From contig JAJYBU010000006.1 in the NCBI GenBank assembly GCA_021778845.1, positions 15,677 to 79,676 of the forward strand: DNA of 64,000 nt. Direction: 5' to 3'. Positions 8,245 through 17,898 of the stretch are shown here, one piece after another. The notes beneath the pieces were generated by a model. That model was not told the origin of the DNA. It did not search any database and saw nothing but the letters and a program-made list of their open reading frames with translations. A program made the position numbers and the translations under genes. The first letter of the stretch is position 1; the number at the start of each line of letters is the position of its first letter. Origin of the DNA: Acidobacteriota bacterium (GTDB lineage: Bacteria; Acidobacteriota; Terriglobia; Terriglobales; Acidobacteriaceae).

Positions 8245-9000
8245 ATGGACGAGGTCCGGATGAGCGGAGCCGACGGTGCTGCAAGCAAGGGGCTCTCGCA
8301 GGTGGAGCGCGTGGTGGATACGTTTCTTGAACCGAGTAAGACGTTCACCGATGTGCTGCGCAGCACGAGCTGGTGGCTGCCGTTTCTGCTGCTGGTGGTG
8401 GTGACGATGGGGTCGACGTTTGCGATCGATCAGAAGATCGGGTTTGACCGGGTGGCGGAACAATCGGTGCTGCAGAGCGCGTCGGCCGAGGACCAGATGG
8501 CGCAGTTGACGGCGGATCAGCGGGCGGCGGCGATTCATCGGATTGCGGTGGGGCAGAAGTATGGTTCGTATGCGGCGGCGGTGCTCATTTTGATCTTTGT
8601 GGCGATCGTCGCGCTGTTGAACTGGGCGAGCCTGAACTTTGGACTGGGAGCGAAGACGACGTTTGGACAGAACTTCGCGGTGTGCATGTATGCTGGGCTG
8701 CCGAAGATCTTTATCGGGCTGCTGAATATTGTGTTCGTGTATGCGGGCGTGAATACGGAGAACTTCGATCTGAATAATCCGGTGGGAACGAACATTGGAT
8801 ACTACATGGCGGATTCGGCGCACTGGCTGAAGATGGCGGGGAGCTTCTTCGATCTCTTCGGGCTGTGGTCGCTGGTGCTGATGGTGATCGGGCTGGCGAT
8901 TATCTCGAAGAAGAGCAAGGGGCAGGTGGCGGTGGTGGCGGTGGGGTGGTGGCTGATGGGGATGTTGGTCCTGGTGGGCGTTACGGCGGTGAAGGGATAG
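8245..9000 (+). CDS. YIP1 family membrane protein
   Basis: DTFLEPSKTFTDV...WWLP start and 5-TM layout typical of Yip1; AAGGAG RBS. Confidence 0.8.
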   Translation: MDEVRMSGADGAASKGLSQVERVVDTFLEPSKTFTDVLRSTSWWLPFLLLVVVTMGSTFAIDQKIGFDRVAEQSVLQSASAEDQMAQLTADQRAAAIHRIAVGQKYGSYAAAVLILIFVAIVALLNWASLNFGLGAKTTFGQNFAVCMYAGLPKIFIGLLNIVFVYAGVNTENFDLNNPVGTNIGYYMADSAHWLKMAGSFFDLFGLWSLVLMVIGLAIISKKSKGQVAVVAVGWWLMGMLVLVGVTAVKG

Positions 9001-9016
9001 AGACTGTTTGCAACAA

Positions 9017-9051
9017 GCAGAGAGGCCCGGCGGATGGCCGGGCCTCTCTGC
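9017..9051. terminator. Bidirectional terminator between convergent genes
   Basis: GCAGAGAGGCCCGGC-ggatg-GCCGGGCCTCTCTGC, perfect 15-bp stem. Confidence 0.75.
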
Positions 9052-9065
9052 GTTGCGGCTGGAAG

Positions 9066-9902
9066 TTACCGGGCGAGGAACTCGAGGAGCACCTTGTTGA
9101 CCTCGGTGGCGTGGGTCCAGTTGAGGCCGTGGGGGCCGCCTTCGATGACGTGGAGCTGGGCGCTGGGGATCAAGGCCGCAGTGCGCTTGCCGGTGGCTTC
9201 GATGGGGAGGATCTGGTCGCTGTCGCCGTGGATGACGAGGGTGGGAACGTGGATGCGCTTGATGTCGGCGCGGAAGTCCTCGAGCCAGGCGTCGACGCAG
9301 TTGAGGAAGGCGTGGTAGCTGGAGGCGGTGGCGATGTTGAAGCTGGCGTGGATGGCGGCGTCGGAGATGTGGGTGCCGCCGATGAGCTTCTTGTTGTAGA
9401 AGGTGTCGAGGAAGGTGTCGAGGAAGGCGAAGCGGTCGGCCTCGATGGCCTGCTTGATGCCCTCGAAGACGGCGGGGTCGATGCCTTCGGGGTTGTCGGC
9501 GGAGTGGCGGAGCGCGGGGGCGATGGAGGCCATGAAGACGGCCCGGGTGACGCGGCCGGGCTCTGCGTACTTGCCAAAGTAGCGGGCGACTTCGCCGCCG
9601 CCCATGCTGAAGCCGACGAGGGTGACGCCGTGGAGGTCGAGGGCCTGGATGAGCTTGCTGGTGTCGCCGGCGAGGGTGTCGTAGTCGTAGCCGAGGCTGG
9701 GCTGAGAGGAACGGCCAAAGCCGCGGCGGTCGTAGGTGATGACGCGGTGGCCGGAGGCGAGCAGAGCGGCGGATTGACGCTCCCAGGAGGCTCCGCTGAG
9801 TGGCCAGCCGTGGATGAGGACAACCGGCTGGCCGGTGCCGCGATCTTCGTAGTACAGCTCAATGTCGGTGCTGTTTTCTTTGCCAACTTTTAGAAATGCC
9901 AT
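9066..9902 (-). CDS. Alpha/beta hydrolase (non-heme haloperoxidase/arylesterase type)
   Basis: LIHGWPLSG, YDRRGFGRSS, GFSMGG nucleophile, HGDSDQILP, GGPHG. Confidence 0.92.
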   Translation of the reverse strand: MAFLKVGKENSTDIELYYEDRGTGQPVVLIHGWPLSGASWERQSAALLASGHRVITYDRRGFGRSSQPSLGYDYDTLAGDTSKLIQALDLHGVTLVGFSMGGGEVARYFGKYAEPGRVTRAVFMASIAPALRHSADNPEGIDPAVFEGIKQAIEADRFAFLDTFLDTFYNKKLIGGTHISDAAIHASFNIATASSYHAFLNCVDAWLEDFRADIKRIHVPTLVIHGDSDQILPIEATGKRTAALIPSAQLHVIEGGPHGLNWTHATEVNKVLLEFLAR

Positions 9903-9972
9903 GGTGTCGTTCTCCTCGTGCGGTATTCATGTGCGGTGTGTTGATGCGTCTTGTTGGATGCGGCGGAGAGAG

Positions 9973-10002
9973 AAAAAGCCCGGCAGGGTGCCGGGCTTTC
10001 TT
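9973..10002 (-). terminator. Intrinsic terminator of acpP-fabF
   Basis: AAAGCCCGGCA-ggg-TGCCGGGCTTT with a U-tract on the minus strand. Confidence 0.75.
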
Positions 10003-10038
10003 GCGAATAACGAACGATGGGTTGGCCGGCGGTGAAGT

Positions 10039-11292
10039 TTACTCGGCACCCCAGCGTTTGAAGACCAGCGAGCCGTTGGTGCCGCCAAAGCCGAAGCTGT
10101 TGGAGAGCGCGTAGTCGATTTTGGTCGGCTGCGGCTTGTTGGGGACGTAATTGAGGCGGCAGGCCGGATCGACGTGGTCGAGATTCATGGTCGGGGGAGC
10201 GATCTGGTGCTGCATCGCCATGATGGTGATGCCGGCTTCGAGGCCGCCAGCGCCGCCGAGCAGATGGCCGGTCATGGACTTGGTGGAGCTGACCAGAAGC
10301 TTGTGGCTCCTGGCGTGCTCGCCGAATACGTTTTCGATGGCCTGAGATTCGAGGGCGTCGCCGACAGCCGTGGAGGTGGCGTGGGCGTTGACGTAGTCGA
10401 TCTTGTCCGGCGAGATGCCGGCGACGCGGAGAGCAGCCTGCATCGCGCGGCGGCAACCATCGCCTTCGGGGGCCATGCCGGTCATGTGGTAGGCGTCGCC
10501 GCTCATGCCGTAGCCGATGACCTCGGCGAGGATGTGGGCGCCACGGGCCTGGGCGAACTCAAGCTCCTCGAGGATGAGGATGCCGGCACCTTCGCCGCAG
10601 ACGAAGCCGTCGCGATCCTTGTCAAAGGGGCGGCAGGCGTGGGTCGGATCATCGTTGCGGGTGGAGAGAGCCTTCATGGCGGCGAAACCACCGACCGAGA
10701 GAGGCGTGATGGCGGCTTCGGCACCGCCGGCGATCATGGCGTCGGCGTCACCGCGCTGGATGATGCGGAAGGCATCACCGATGCTGTGCGCGGAGCTGGT
10801 GCAGGCTGTGGCCGTGGCCTCGTTGGGACCCTTGGCGCCGTACTTGATGGAGACGTGGCCGGCGGCGAGATTGATGATGGTGGCCGGGATGAAGAAGGGC
10901 GAGATCTTGCGCGGACCACCATTCATGAGGGCGGTGTGCTCGCGCTCGATGACGTCGAAGCCACCGATGCCGGAGCCGATGTGGACGCCGATGGACTCGG
11001 AGTTTTCGGGCGTGATCTGGAGGCCGGAGTGGAGCATGGCTTCCTGTGCGGCGGCCATGGCGAAGTGGATGAAGCGGCCCATCTTGCGGGCCTCCTTCTT
11101 GTCCACGAAGGCGTGCACGTCGAAGTTTTTGACTTCGGCGGCGATGCGGACGGAGTGACCGGTGAGATCGAACGCAGTGATCTCAGCCATGCCACTCTTA
11201 CCGGCGAGCAGGCCCTCCCATATCTGCGATGCGGTGTTACCCACTCCGCAGAGGAGGCCCATGCCCGTTACAACGACGCGACGATGCGGCAT
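10039..11292 (-). CDS. fabF: Beta-ketoacyl-ACP synthase II
   Basis: RRVVVTGMG, TACTSSAH, NAHATST, STKSMTGHLLG, SNSFGFGGTN; follows acpP. Confidence 0.97.
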   Translation of the reverse strand: MPHRRVVVTGMGLLCGVGNTASQIWEGLLAGKSGMAEITAFDLTGHSVRIAAEVKNFDVHAFVDKKEARKMGRFIHFAMAAAQEAMLHSGLQITPENSESIGVHIGSGIGGFDVIEREHTALMNGGPRKISPFFIPATIINLAAGHVSIKYGAKGPNEATATACTSSAHSIGDAFRIIQRGDADAMIAGGAEAAITPLSVGGFAAMKALSTRNDDPTHACRPFDKDRDGFVCGEGAGILILEELEFAQARGAHILAEVIGYGMSGDAYHMTGMAPEGDGCRRAMQAALRVAGISPDKIDYVNAHATSTAVGDALESQAIENVFGEHARSHKLLVSSTKSMTGHLLGGAGGLEAGITIMAMQHQIAPPTMNLDHVDPACRLNYVPNKPQPTKIDYALSNSFGFGGTNGSLVFKRWGAE

Positions 11293-11343
11293 CTTTCTCT
11301 CATTCCTGTTCGTCTTCAGTAGCGGTATGCTGCGACGTTCCTG

Positions 11344-11586
11344 TTACTTAACCTTCTGGTGCTTCTCGATGTACTCGGTCGCGTCCTTGACGGTCTTGAT
11401 CTTCTCGGCATCCTCGTCAGGGATCTGGATGTCGAAGGCCTCCTCAAACTGCATGACGAGCTCGACGACGTCGAGCGAGTCGGCACCGAGGTCTTCCTGG
11501 AAGCTGGCGCCGGGGGTGACTTCGGCCTCATCCACCTGAAGCTGCTCGACAATAATCTGCTTTACCTTCTCATCAACTGCTGCCAT
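11344..11586 (-). CDS. acpP: Acyl carrier protein
   Basis: [14 protein letters not shown] phosphopantetheine motif. Confidence 0.98.
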   Translation of the reverse strand: MAAVDEKVKQIIVEQLQVDEAEVTPGASFQEDLGADSLDVVELVMQFEEAFDIQIPDEDAEKIKTVKDATEYIEKHQKVK

Positions 11587-11838
11587 CGTACGATCTCCTA
11601 TAAAATCCGGGGTTGGGCGCGAACACGGGACTCTGGAAAAGAGCTACCCGATTGACTGCCCCAGTGTGAAAGCATACCGACGCGGTCGGACGCTGTAAAG
11701 AAGCGGGGTGGGGTGGAACTGTGGAAGTACTCGGACGCCGGGCCTGAAATGGGCGCGGCGGGGAGACTCAGGTATATTTTAGCCTGAATTGCTATCGCGG
11801 GTGAGACGAAGTCCCGGGGCGGAAAGATCGGCGAAAAG

Positions 11839-11994
11839 TTGACGGAGAAGGCGTGTTTCTGGTGCGGATCGACGAAGTTCCGGCGGGTGAATCGGCGCGG
11901 GATGCTGCAGCGGTATGTGTTGACGGCGCTGGGATGGTATCCGTGGGAGTGCGTGATCTGCCGGCGCAAGACGTTTTGGCGGAAGAGCGCGTAG
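11839..11994 (+). CDS. Small zinc-ribbon-like protein (51 aa)
   Basis: TTG start; MTEKACFWCGSTKFRRVNRRGMLQRYVLTALGWYPWECVICRRKTFWRKSA with two CxxC pairs; G-ending codons like other plus-strand genes. Confidence 0.65.
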   Translation: MTEKACFWCGSTKFRRVNRRGMLQRYVLTALGWYPWECVICRRKTFWRKSA

Positions 11995-12016
11995 AGGCTG
12001 GGGTAGAGAGGTCAGG

Positions 12017-13522
12017 TCAGGCGGGATCGTCGTCGTCGCTGGCGGCGAGCATGGGGATGTGGCCGTCGAAGGCGACGGGGGAACGCATGGGCAATGCGGC
12101 CTGATCGGTGTCGATGCTGACATCGCGCAGGGTTCGGTTGATGGCGCGGGTGCGGGTGCCGACGTCCTGAATGGTCTTTTGCACCTTGCCGACCTGGTCG
12201 TCCATGCGGGTCATGAGGTCTTCGAATTTGCCGAACTGGGTGCGGGCGTTGGCGAGAACCTTCCAGACTTCATCGCCTTTTTGCTGGAGTTGGAGCATGT
12301 GGAAGCCCATCTGGAAGCTGTTGAGCAGGGCGGAGAGGGTGCTGGGACCGGCGATGGTGACGTGGCAGTTCTGCTGAATGTCGGATTGCAGGCCGTCGCG
12401 GCGCATGACCTCGGCGAAGAGGCCTTCGGTGGGTAGAAACATGATGGCGAAGGAGGTGGTGGTGGGCGGGGCGATGTACTTCTCGCTGATCTTGCGGCCT
12501 TCGTTGCGGATGGCGGTCTCGAAGGCCTTGCCGGCACTGACGATATCGGTTCCGGTCTCGTAGGCGGTTTCGAGGCGCTCCCAGATTTCGCGGGGGAACT
12601 TGGAGTCGATTGGAAGGAGCATTTCGCCGCCGGGGGTGGGGAGTTTGACGGCGAACTCGACGAGCTCCTGGGTGTTGGGGCGGACTTTGACGTTTTGCTG
12701 ATACTGGCTGGGGGCGAGCATCTGCTTGAGCAGGGTTTCGAGCATGACTTCGCCGATGGTGCCGCGGGACTTGACGTTGGTGAAGATGCGGGAGAGGTCG
12801 TCGACGCCGGCGGAGAGTTTGGTCATTTCGCCGAGGCCGGCGTGGACCTTTGTGAGCTGGTCGGTGACCTGGCCGAAGCTCTCGGTGAGGCGGGTTTGCA
12901 GGGTGGCGTGGAGCTTCTCGTCGACGGTCTGGCGCATCTCGTCGAGCTTCTTCTCGTTGTTTTGATTGAGGGCGTGGAGTTGGGCTTCGACAGTGGAGCG
13001 GAGTTGATTCTGGTGCGCGGTCTGCGCTGCGCCTAGCTCGGTGAGCTTGGCGTGAAGGGCAGCCTGGGCTTCGAGTTGATGGCGGCTGCTCTCGCTGGCG
13101 AAGCTGGTGAGGCGCTGGTCGATGGCGTCGAGGCTGCTCTGGACGGCGCTGCGGAGAGATTCGGAGGAGGTCTTGTTGTCGGCACGAAAGCTGTTGAGGC
13201 CGGTGTTGAGGGTGACGCCGAGAGTGGTGATGATGGAGGCGATTTCGGTGCGCAGGGAGCCGAAGTCGGTGGAGCTGGCTTCGCGGGTGCGCTGGGCTTC
13301 GTTGGCGGTGTCGGTGCGGAGATGAGAGAATTCGCGGCGGAGGTGCTCGTCGAGGCTCTGGGAGCGGGCGTCGAGGCGGGTGAACTGCGCGGGCAGATCG
13401 GCGGCGAGGAGTTGCGCGAGGCGAGGGTCTTCAGCCTGAGGCGCGGCTGCGGGACGGCGTACCAGCAGCACGATGAGCGCCACGAGCACAAGAAGTTGGA
13501 GTGCAATCAGAACTGCAATCAT
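12017..13522 (-). CDS. rmuC: DNA recombination protein RmuC
   Basis: N-terminal TM, long coiled coil, KSRGTIGEVML, LPIDSKFP, FAIMFLPTEGLFAE. Confidence 0.92.
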   Translation of the reverse strand: MIAVLIALQLLVLVALIVLLVRRPAAAPQAEDPRLAQLLAADLPAQFTRLDARSQSLDEHLRREFSHLRTDTANEAQRTREASSTDFGSLRTEIASIITTLGVTLNTGLNSFRADNKTSSESLRSAVQSSLDAIDQRLTSFASESSRHQLEAQAALHAKLTELGAAQTAHQNQLRSTVEAQLHALNQNNEKKLDEMRQTVDEKLHATLQTRLTESFGQVTDQLTKVHAGLGEMTKLSAGVDDLSRIFTNVKSRGTIGEVMLETLLKQMLAPSQYQQNVKVRPNTQELVEFAVKLPTPGGEMLLPIDSKFPREIWERLETAYETGTDIVSAGKAFETAIRNEGRKISEKYIAPPTTTSFAIMFLPTEGLFAEVMRRDGLQSDIQQNCHVTIAGPSTLSALLNSFQMGFHMLQLQQKGDEVWKVLANARTQFGKFEDLMTRMDDQVGKVQKTIQDVGTRTRAINRTLRDVSIDTDQAALPMRSPVAFDGHIPMLAASDDDDPA

Positions 13523-13692
13523 TTCGGCTTTCCTTCGCTTTGGAGGATAGCATCGCCGCGAGGTGGACGGGATGGCTGGCGGCGGCTGGGGCGGGTACGC
13601 TTTATTGTTTGGCGATTTGGCGGCTAGATGATTGAATAGGGGCTGGAACTAACTTTCTGCTAGCAAAGGTCCTTCGCTTGCGTCTATCTTCT

Positions 13693-14355
13693 ATGGCTCG
13701 AAACGTCGTAACCGCCTCCCTCTCGCTGCTGCTCTCGGTCGTTGTGGTTTCAGCGACGGCGCAAGTATCGGTACCGCCGAACCAGGTGGACCACTTCAAA
13801 GATACGTCGATGCTGGTGCCGCCGCCGGGTGCGAAGGTGGCCATTATCGAGTGGGAAGACCTGGAGTGCCCGGCGTGCGCGCATGCGTTTCCATTTGTGC
13901 ATATGGCGATCGATCACTACCACATTCCGCTGGTGCGGTATGACTTTCTGATCCCGGGCCACATGTGGAGTCGTGAGGCAGCGCTGTATGCGCGGTATCT
14001 GCAGGACAAGGTTTCGCCCGAGATTGCGACCGACTACCGGCGTCAGGTCTTCGCGTCGCAGTTCAAACTGGCCAGCAAGGATGACCTGAACAGATTTACG
14101 CAGGAGTTCTTTACCAAGCATGGCAAGCAGATGCCGTTTGTAGTGGACCCGAGCGGGCAGTTGCAGCGTGAGGTGAATGCGGATGTGGCGCTGGGCGACA
14201 AACTGGGGTTGTCCCAGACGCCAACGCTGGTGGTGGTGACGCCAAAGGGCTGGATTCAGGTGAAGGACGTGTCGGACCTGTATCAGGCGATCGATGAGGC
14301 GGAGGCCATGGTGGGAAGCGCTCCGGCAGAGCACGGCAAGGTTGCGAAGAAGTAA
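13693..14355 (+). CDS. DsbA/thioredoxin-fold periplasmic protein
   Basis: Signal peptide, EDLECPACA (CxxC), QTPT cis-Pro loop. Confidence 0.85.
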   Translation: MARNVVTASLSLLLSVVVVSATAQVSVPPNQVDHFKDTSMLVPPPGAKVAIIEWEDLECPACAHAFPFVHMAIDHYHIPLVRYDFLIPGHMWSREAALYARYLQDKVSPEIATDYRRQVFASQFKLASKDDLNRFTQEFFTKHGKQMPFVVDPSGQLQREVNADVALGDKLGLSQTPTLVVVTPKGWIQVKDVSDLYQAIDEAEAMVGSAPAEHGKVAKK

Positions 14356-14370
14356 AGCCTTCGGGCAGGA

Positions 14371-14399
14371 GGAGCCGTCCGCGATGCGGGCGGCTTTTC
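14371..14399 (+). terminator. Terminator between convergent dsbA-like and tetR genes
   Basis: AGCCGTCCGC-gat-GCGGGCGGCT followed by TTTCT. Confidence 0.6.
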
Positions 14400-15038
14400 T
14401 TATGGCGTGGGCCAGACGCTGAGGGCGAGATCGACGACGAGGTTGAGTTCTTCGCGGGTGTGGCCGCTGCAGGCCTGGACGGCGATGCCGTTCATGATGC
14501 TGACCAGGAAGAGAGTGAGGGCCGGGACGTCGGTGGCGTCGGGGAGGTCGCCTTCGCGGAGGGCGCGGTCGAAGCGCTCGCGCATCTGGGCGATGCCGCG
14601 GGCGCGGAGAGCAGCCATCTCGCGGCGCATGTGCTCGCCTTCAGTGCTGGCGACGAGGGCTCCCTGGACCCAGAGGCAGCCGCTGGGGCTGGCGGGGTCG
14701 GTGGCGAGAGCGACGGTGCCGCGAAGGAGCATTTCAGCGACCTGGCGGGCGCGGGGTTGGCCGAGGGCGCGGCGAACGTAGCGTCCGGGACCGAGGCCGT
14801 AGCGGGCTACAGCCTCGCGGAAGAGGTCGGCCTTGTCACCAAAAGCGGCGTAGAGGCTGGGGCGGTTGATGCCCATGGCGGCGGTGAGTGCGGTGAGGGA
14901 GGCGCCCTCGTAGCCCAGGCGCCAGAAGACACGCATGGCGGCGTCGAGGGCCTGATCGCGGTCGAAGGAGCGCGGGCGGCCGGGGTGCGGGCGGTTGGGC
15001 AGAAAGACGTACGGCTTGGGAGAGGCCGAGAGATTCAT
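14400..15038 (-). CDS. TetR/AcrR family transcriptional regulator
   Basis: [20 protein letters not shown]...[22 protein letters not shown]; GCL motif. Confidence 0.93.
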   Translation of the reverse strand: MNLSASPKPYVFLPNRPHPGRPRSFDRDQALDAAMRVFWRLGYEGASLTALTAAMGINRPSLYAAFGDKADLFREAVARYGLGPGRYVRRALGQPRARQVAEMLLRGTVALATDPASPSGCLWVQGALVASTEGEHMRREMAALRARGIAQMRERFDRALREGDLPDATDVPALTLFLVSIMNGIAVQACSGHTREELNLVVDLALSVWPTP

Positions 15039-15113
15039 ACGCACTAATGTAGCCCCGCGACAGGGGTTTGCGCAGCAGAATTCGCATGAGGATGTGGTGG
15101 CGAAAAGTGTGGG

Positions 15114-15335
15114 CTAAGCGTCTTTGGCGTCTTCGTACTCTTCGTGCCAGGCGGTCTGGATGGCTTCGAGGATGGCCTCGTTGGACTTGGCGGGGTCGCC
15201 TTTGAAGCCGGGAAGCTGGGTAACCCACTTGTGGAGGTCGGTGAAACGGACGGAGTAGGGATCGGTGTCGGGAAACATCTCCTGTAGTTGGATACCGATT
15301 TCAAGGGTGTCGGACCAGTTGAGTTCGTGCGGCAT
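15114..15335 (-). CDS. iscX: Fe-S cluster assembly protein IscX
   Basis: LNWSDTLEIGIQL...DPYSVRFTDLHKWV...SNEAILEAIQTAW; GGAGG RBS before ATG 15335. Confidence 0.92.
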   Translation of the reverse strand: MPHELNWSDTLEIGIQLQEMFPDTDPYSVRFTDLHKWVTQLPGFKGDPAKSNEAILEAIQTAWHEEYEDAKDA

Positions 15336-15423
15336 GGGGTCGCCTCCAGGGCTCCAGTTTACTGCGAAGGAGGGAGGTGGCGAAGGCGCGGGAGGAGCGG
15401 GCACGATAGAATAACGAAGCTGC

Positions 15424-16503
15424 ATGACTATTCAAACTCAAGCCCCGAAGGTAGTGCCCACGAAGGCGCAGGGAACGCGCCGGATGACTGCGCGCAGGCG
15501 ATTAATTGCTGCAACGCGGAAGCTGCGCGAGGTGGGGTCGATAGCTTCGGCGGTGGCCGGGACCTCGCACCCGTATATGGCGCACATTGTGCCGATGCGG
15601 CGATGCAACCTGGCGTGCACGTATTGCAATGAGTATGACGACGTGTCGGCGCCGGTGGATGTTGAGGAGATGAAGCGGCGGGTGGATGCGCTGGGGCGGC
15701 TGGGGACGTCGGTGATTACGATCTCGGGCGGCGAGCCACTGCTGCATCCGGAGCTGGAGGAGGTGATCCGGCGGATTCGGAAGACGGGCGCGATTGCGGG
15801 GATGATTACGAACGGGTACCTGCTGATGCCGGAGCGGATTGAGCGGCTGAATAAGGCCGGGCTCGATCATATGCAGATCTCGATTGATAACGTGATGCCG
15901 GATGAGGTGTCGAAGAAGTCGCTGAAGGTGCTGGATGCGAAGCTGGCGATGCTGGCGGAGTATGCGGACTTTCATGTGAATATTAATTCGGTGGTGGGCG
16001 GGGGGATTGCGAATCCTGAGGACGCGCTGACGATTTCGAAACGTGCGCTGGGGCTGGGGTTCAGCTCGACGATCGGGATTATTCACGATGGCAGCGGGCA
16101 GTTGAAGCCGCTGGGCGAGCGCGAACGCAGGGTGTGGGACGAGGTGCGGCGGCTGACGCGGCGCAGCTACTCGCGGTTCAATGGATTTCAGGAGGCGATC
16201 GCGAATGGCCTGCCGAATGACTGGCGGTGCAGGGCCGGGTCGCGGTATCTGTATGTGGACGAGAAAGGGATCGTGTCGTACTGCTCGCAGCAGCGTGGGT
16301 ATCCGGGGATTCCGGTGGCGGAGTATACGACGGAGATGGTGCAGCGGGAGTTTCTGACGGAGAAGTCGTGCGCGCCGAACTGCACGATCAGCTGCGTGCA
16401 CCAGGTGAGCTATATCGACCACTGGCGGGCTCCGCAGAAGACGATGGTGACGCCGGGCGGTGCGGGCCATGGCGCCGCGGATGGGCTGGTTCAGATACGG
16501 TAG
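15424..16503 (+). CDS. Radical SAM protein with SPASM/twitch-like C-terminus
   Basis: CNLACTYC, ISGGEPLLHP, C-terminal CRAG...YC...CAPNCTISC. Confidence 0.9.
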   Translation: MTIQTQAPKVVPTKAQGTRRMTARRRLIAATRKLREVGSIASAVAGTSHPYMAHIVPMRRCNLACTYCNEYDDVSAPVDVEEMKRRVDALGRLGTSVITISGGEPLLHPELEEVIRRIRKTGAIAGMITNGYLLMPERIERLNKAGLDHMQISIDNVMPDEVSKKSLKVLDAKLAMLAEYADFHVNINSVVGGGIANPEDALTISKRALGLGFSSTIGIIHDGSGQLKPLGERERRVWDEVRRLTRRSYSRFNGFQEAIANGLPNDWRCRAGSRYLYVDEKGIVSYCSQQRGYPGIPVAEYTTEMVQREFLTEKSCAPNCTISCVHQVSYIDHWRAPQKTMVTPGGAGHGAADGLVQIR

Positions 16504-16621
16504 GGAAGTAGCGCGTGGGATGGGTGAATCGATTCCCATGGTCGATATGCCGAGGGTTGGATGAGGGATTGCAAGGCATAATGGGATGAGCCTTCAGCAG
16601 CACGGCACCTGGTGAACACTT

Positions 16622-17748
16622 ATGGCTGATGTTCTAACCGCGCCTATTCAGCGGCCGCGGCAGATTCCGAGTCTCGATGGGTTGCGAGCGCTCTCGGTGG
16701 TGATGGCTATAGCGCTGCATACGCTGCAGCGCTATAGCCTGAGCCACCATGTGCCGCTGTTCTATTACGTGCTGGGCAACGACTCCGTGGGTGTCTTCAT
16801 CTTTTCGTGATCTCTGGCTATCTGATTACGACGCTGTTGCTGCGCGAGCGGGAGAAGACGAGCCGGTTCAGCCTGAAGAGGTTTTATGTTCGGCGCGCGT
16901 TTTGCATTTTTCCTCCGCTCTACCTGTACATTCTGTTTCTCTGCATTCTGTGGATGACGGGACATCTGCCTGGGATGAATCGCCGGGAGTTGATCACAGC
17001 GCTTACGTTTACGCGAAACTATGTGCCGCATGTGAGCCTGTGGGCTATGGAGCACTTCTGGTCGCTCTGTATTGAGGAGCAGTTTTATCTGATCTGGCCC
17101 ACGGTTGTGGCGTTGTGCATCGTTCACCACAAGGGTTCAGCGGGCCGCCGCATAGCCACCCGGGTTGCGCTGGCGGTGATTGCCGTAGAGCCGTTTATTC
17201 GCGTATTTTCGTTCCGCTTCCTCCCTGGGTTTCATAATCCCGGGGCCTTTCACATGCAGGCCGATGGCCTGATGTTTGGAGCGCTGGGCGCGCTGCAGCA
17301 GGGCCATGAACGCTTCGAGAAGCTGTACCTGCGGGCGACGCGTTGGCCGTGGCTGCTGCCGCTGCTGCTGTTTTTCGTATCGGGCGCGCTGGAGATCAGG
17401 TTTCAGAACTACTGGAACATGCCCATCGGAATGACCATCGATGGCTTTTTGATTCTGATGTGGATGCTGTGGCTGGTGCGCAATCCGGTGAGTCTCGCCG
17501 GCCGGGTGTTCAATCAGCCAGCGATGGCGTGGGTGGGACGGCTGTCTTACTCGCTTTATATCTGGCAGACCTTTTTTCTTCACCACCTCAACATTGAGGT
17601 CTTTGGTCGCAACGGATGGTGGAATACATTTCCTACGAGTTGGGTGTGCATTCTGGCTGTTGCCATGCTCTCGTACTATGGCATTGAGCGGCCTGCGCTG
17701 CGGCTCCGTGATGTGTGCCTGCGGTCTATGCACTGGCGCGAAATCTGA
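16622..17748 (+). pseudogene. Acyltransferase-3 (OafA-like), frameshifted near 16802-16805
   Basis: IPSLDGLRA...GVFIF in one frame continues as VISGYLIT...FYVRRA...WSLCIEEQFY...SYSLYIWQ in the next; one extra T in the T4 run restores GVFIFFVISG. Confidence 0.85.
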
Positions 17749-17898
17749 CTGTCAGACTGCGGACGATGAGGACCAGAAGGAGCCGGCATGCTCGACGCCT
17801 GGATCGCTGATTGTGCGTGTAGACGGGATCTGGAAGGTTGATGGAGGGCCGGCCAGACAAGGGACTGGTTGCCTTGAGCGTCCTGTAAACTCGAGAAA

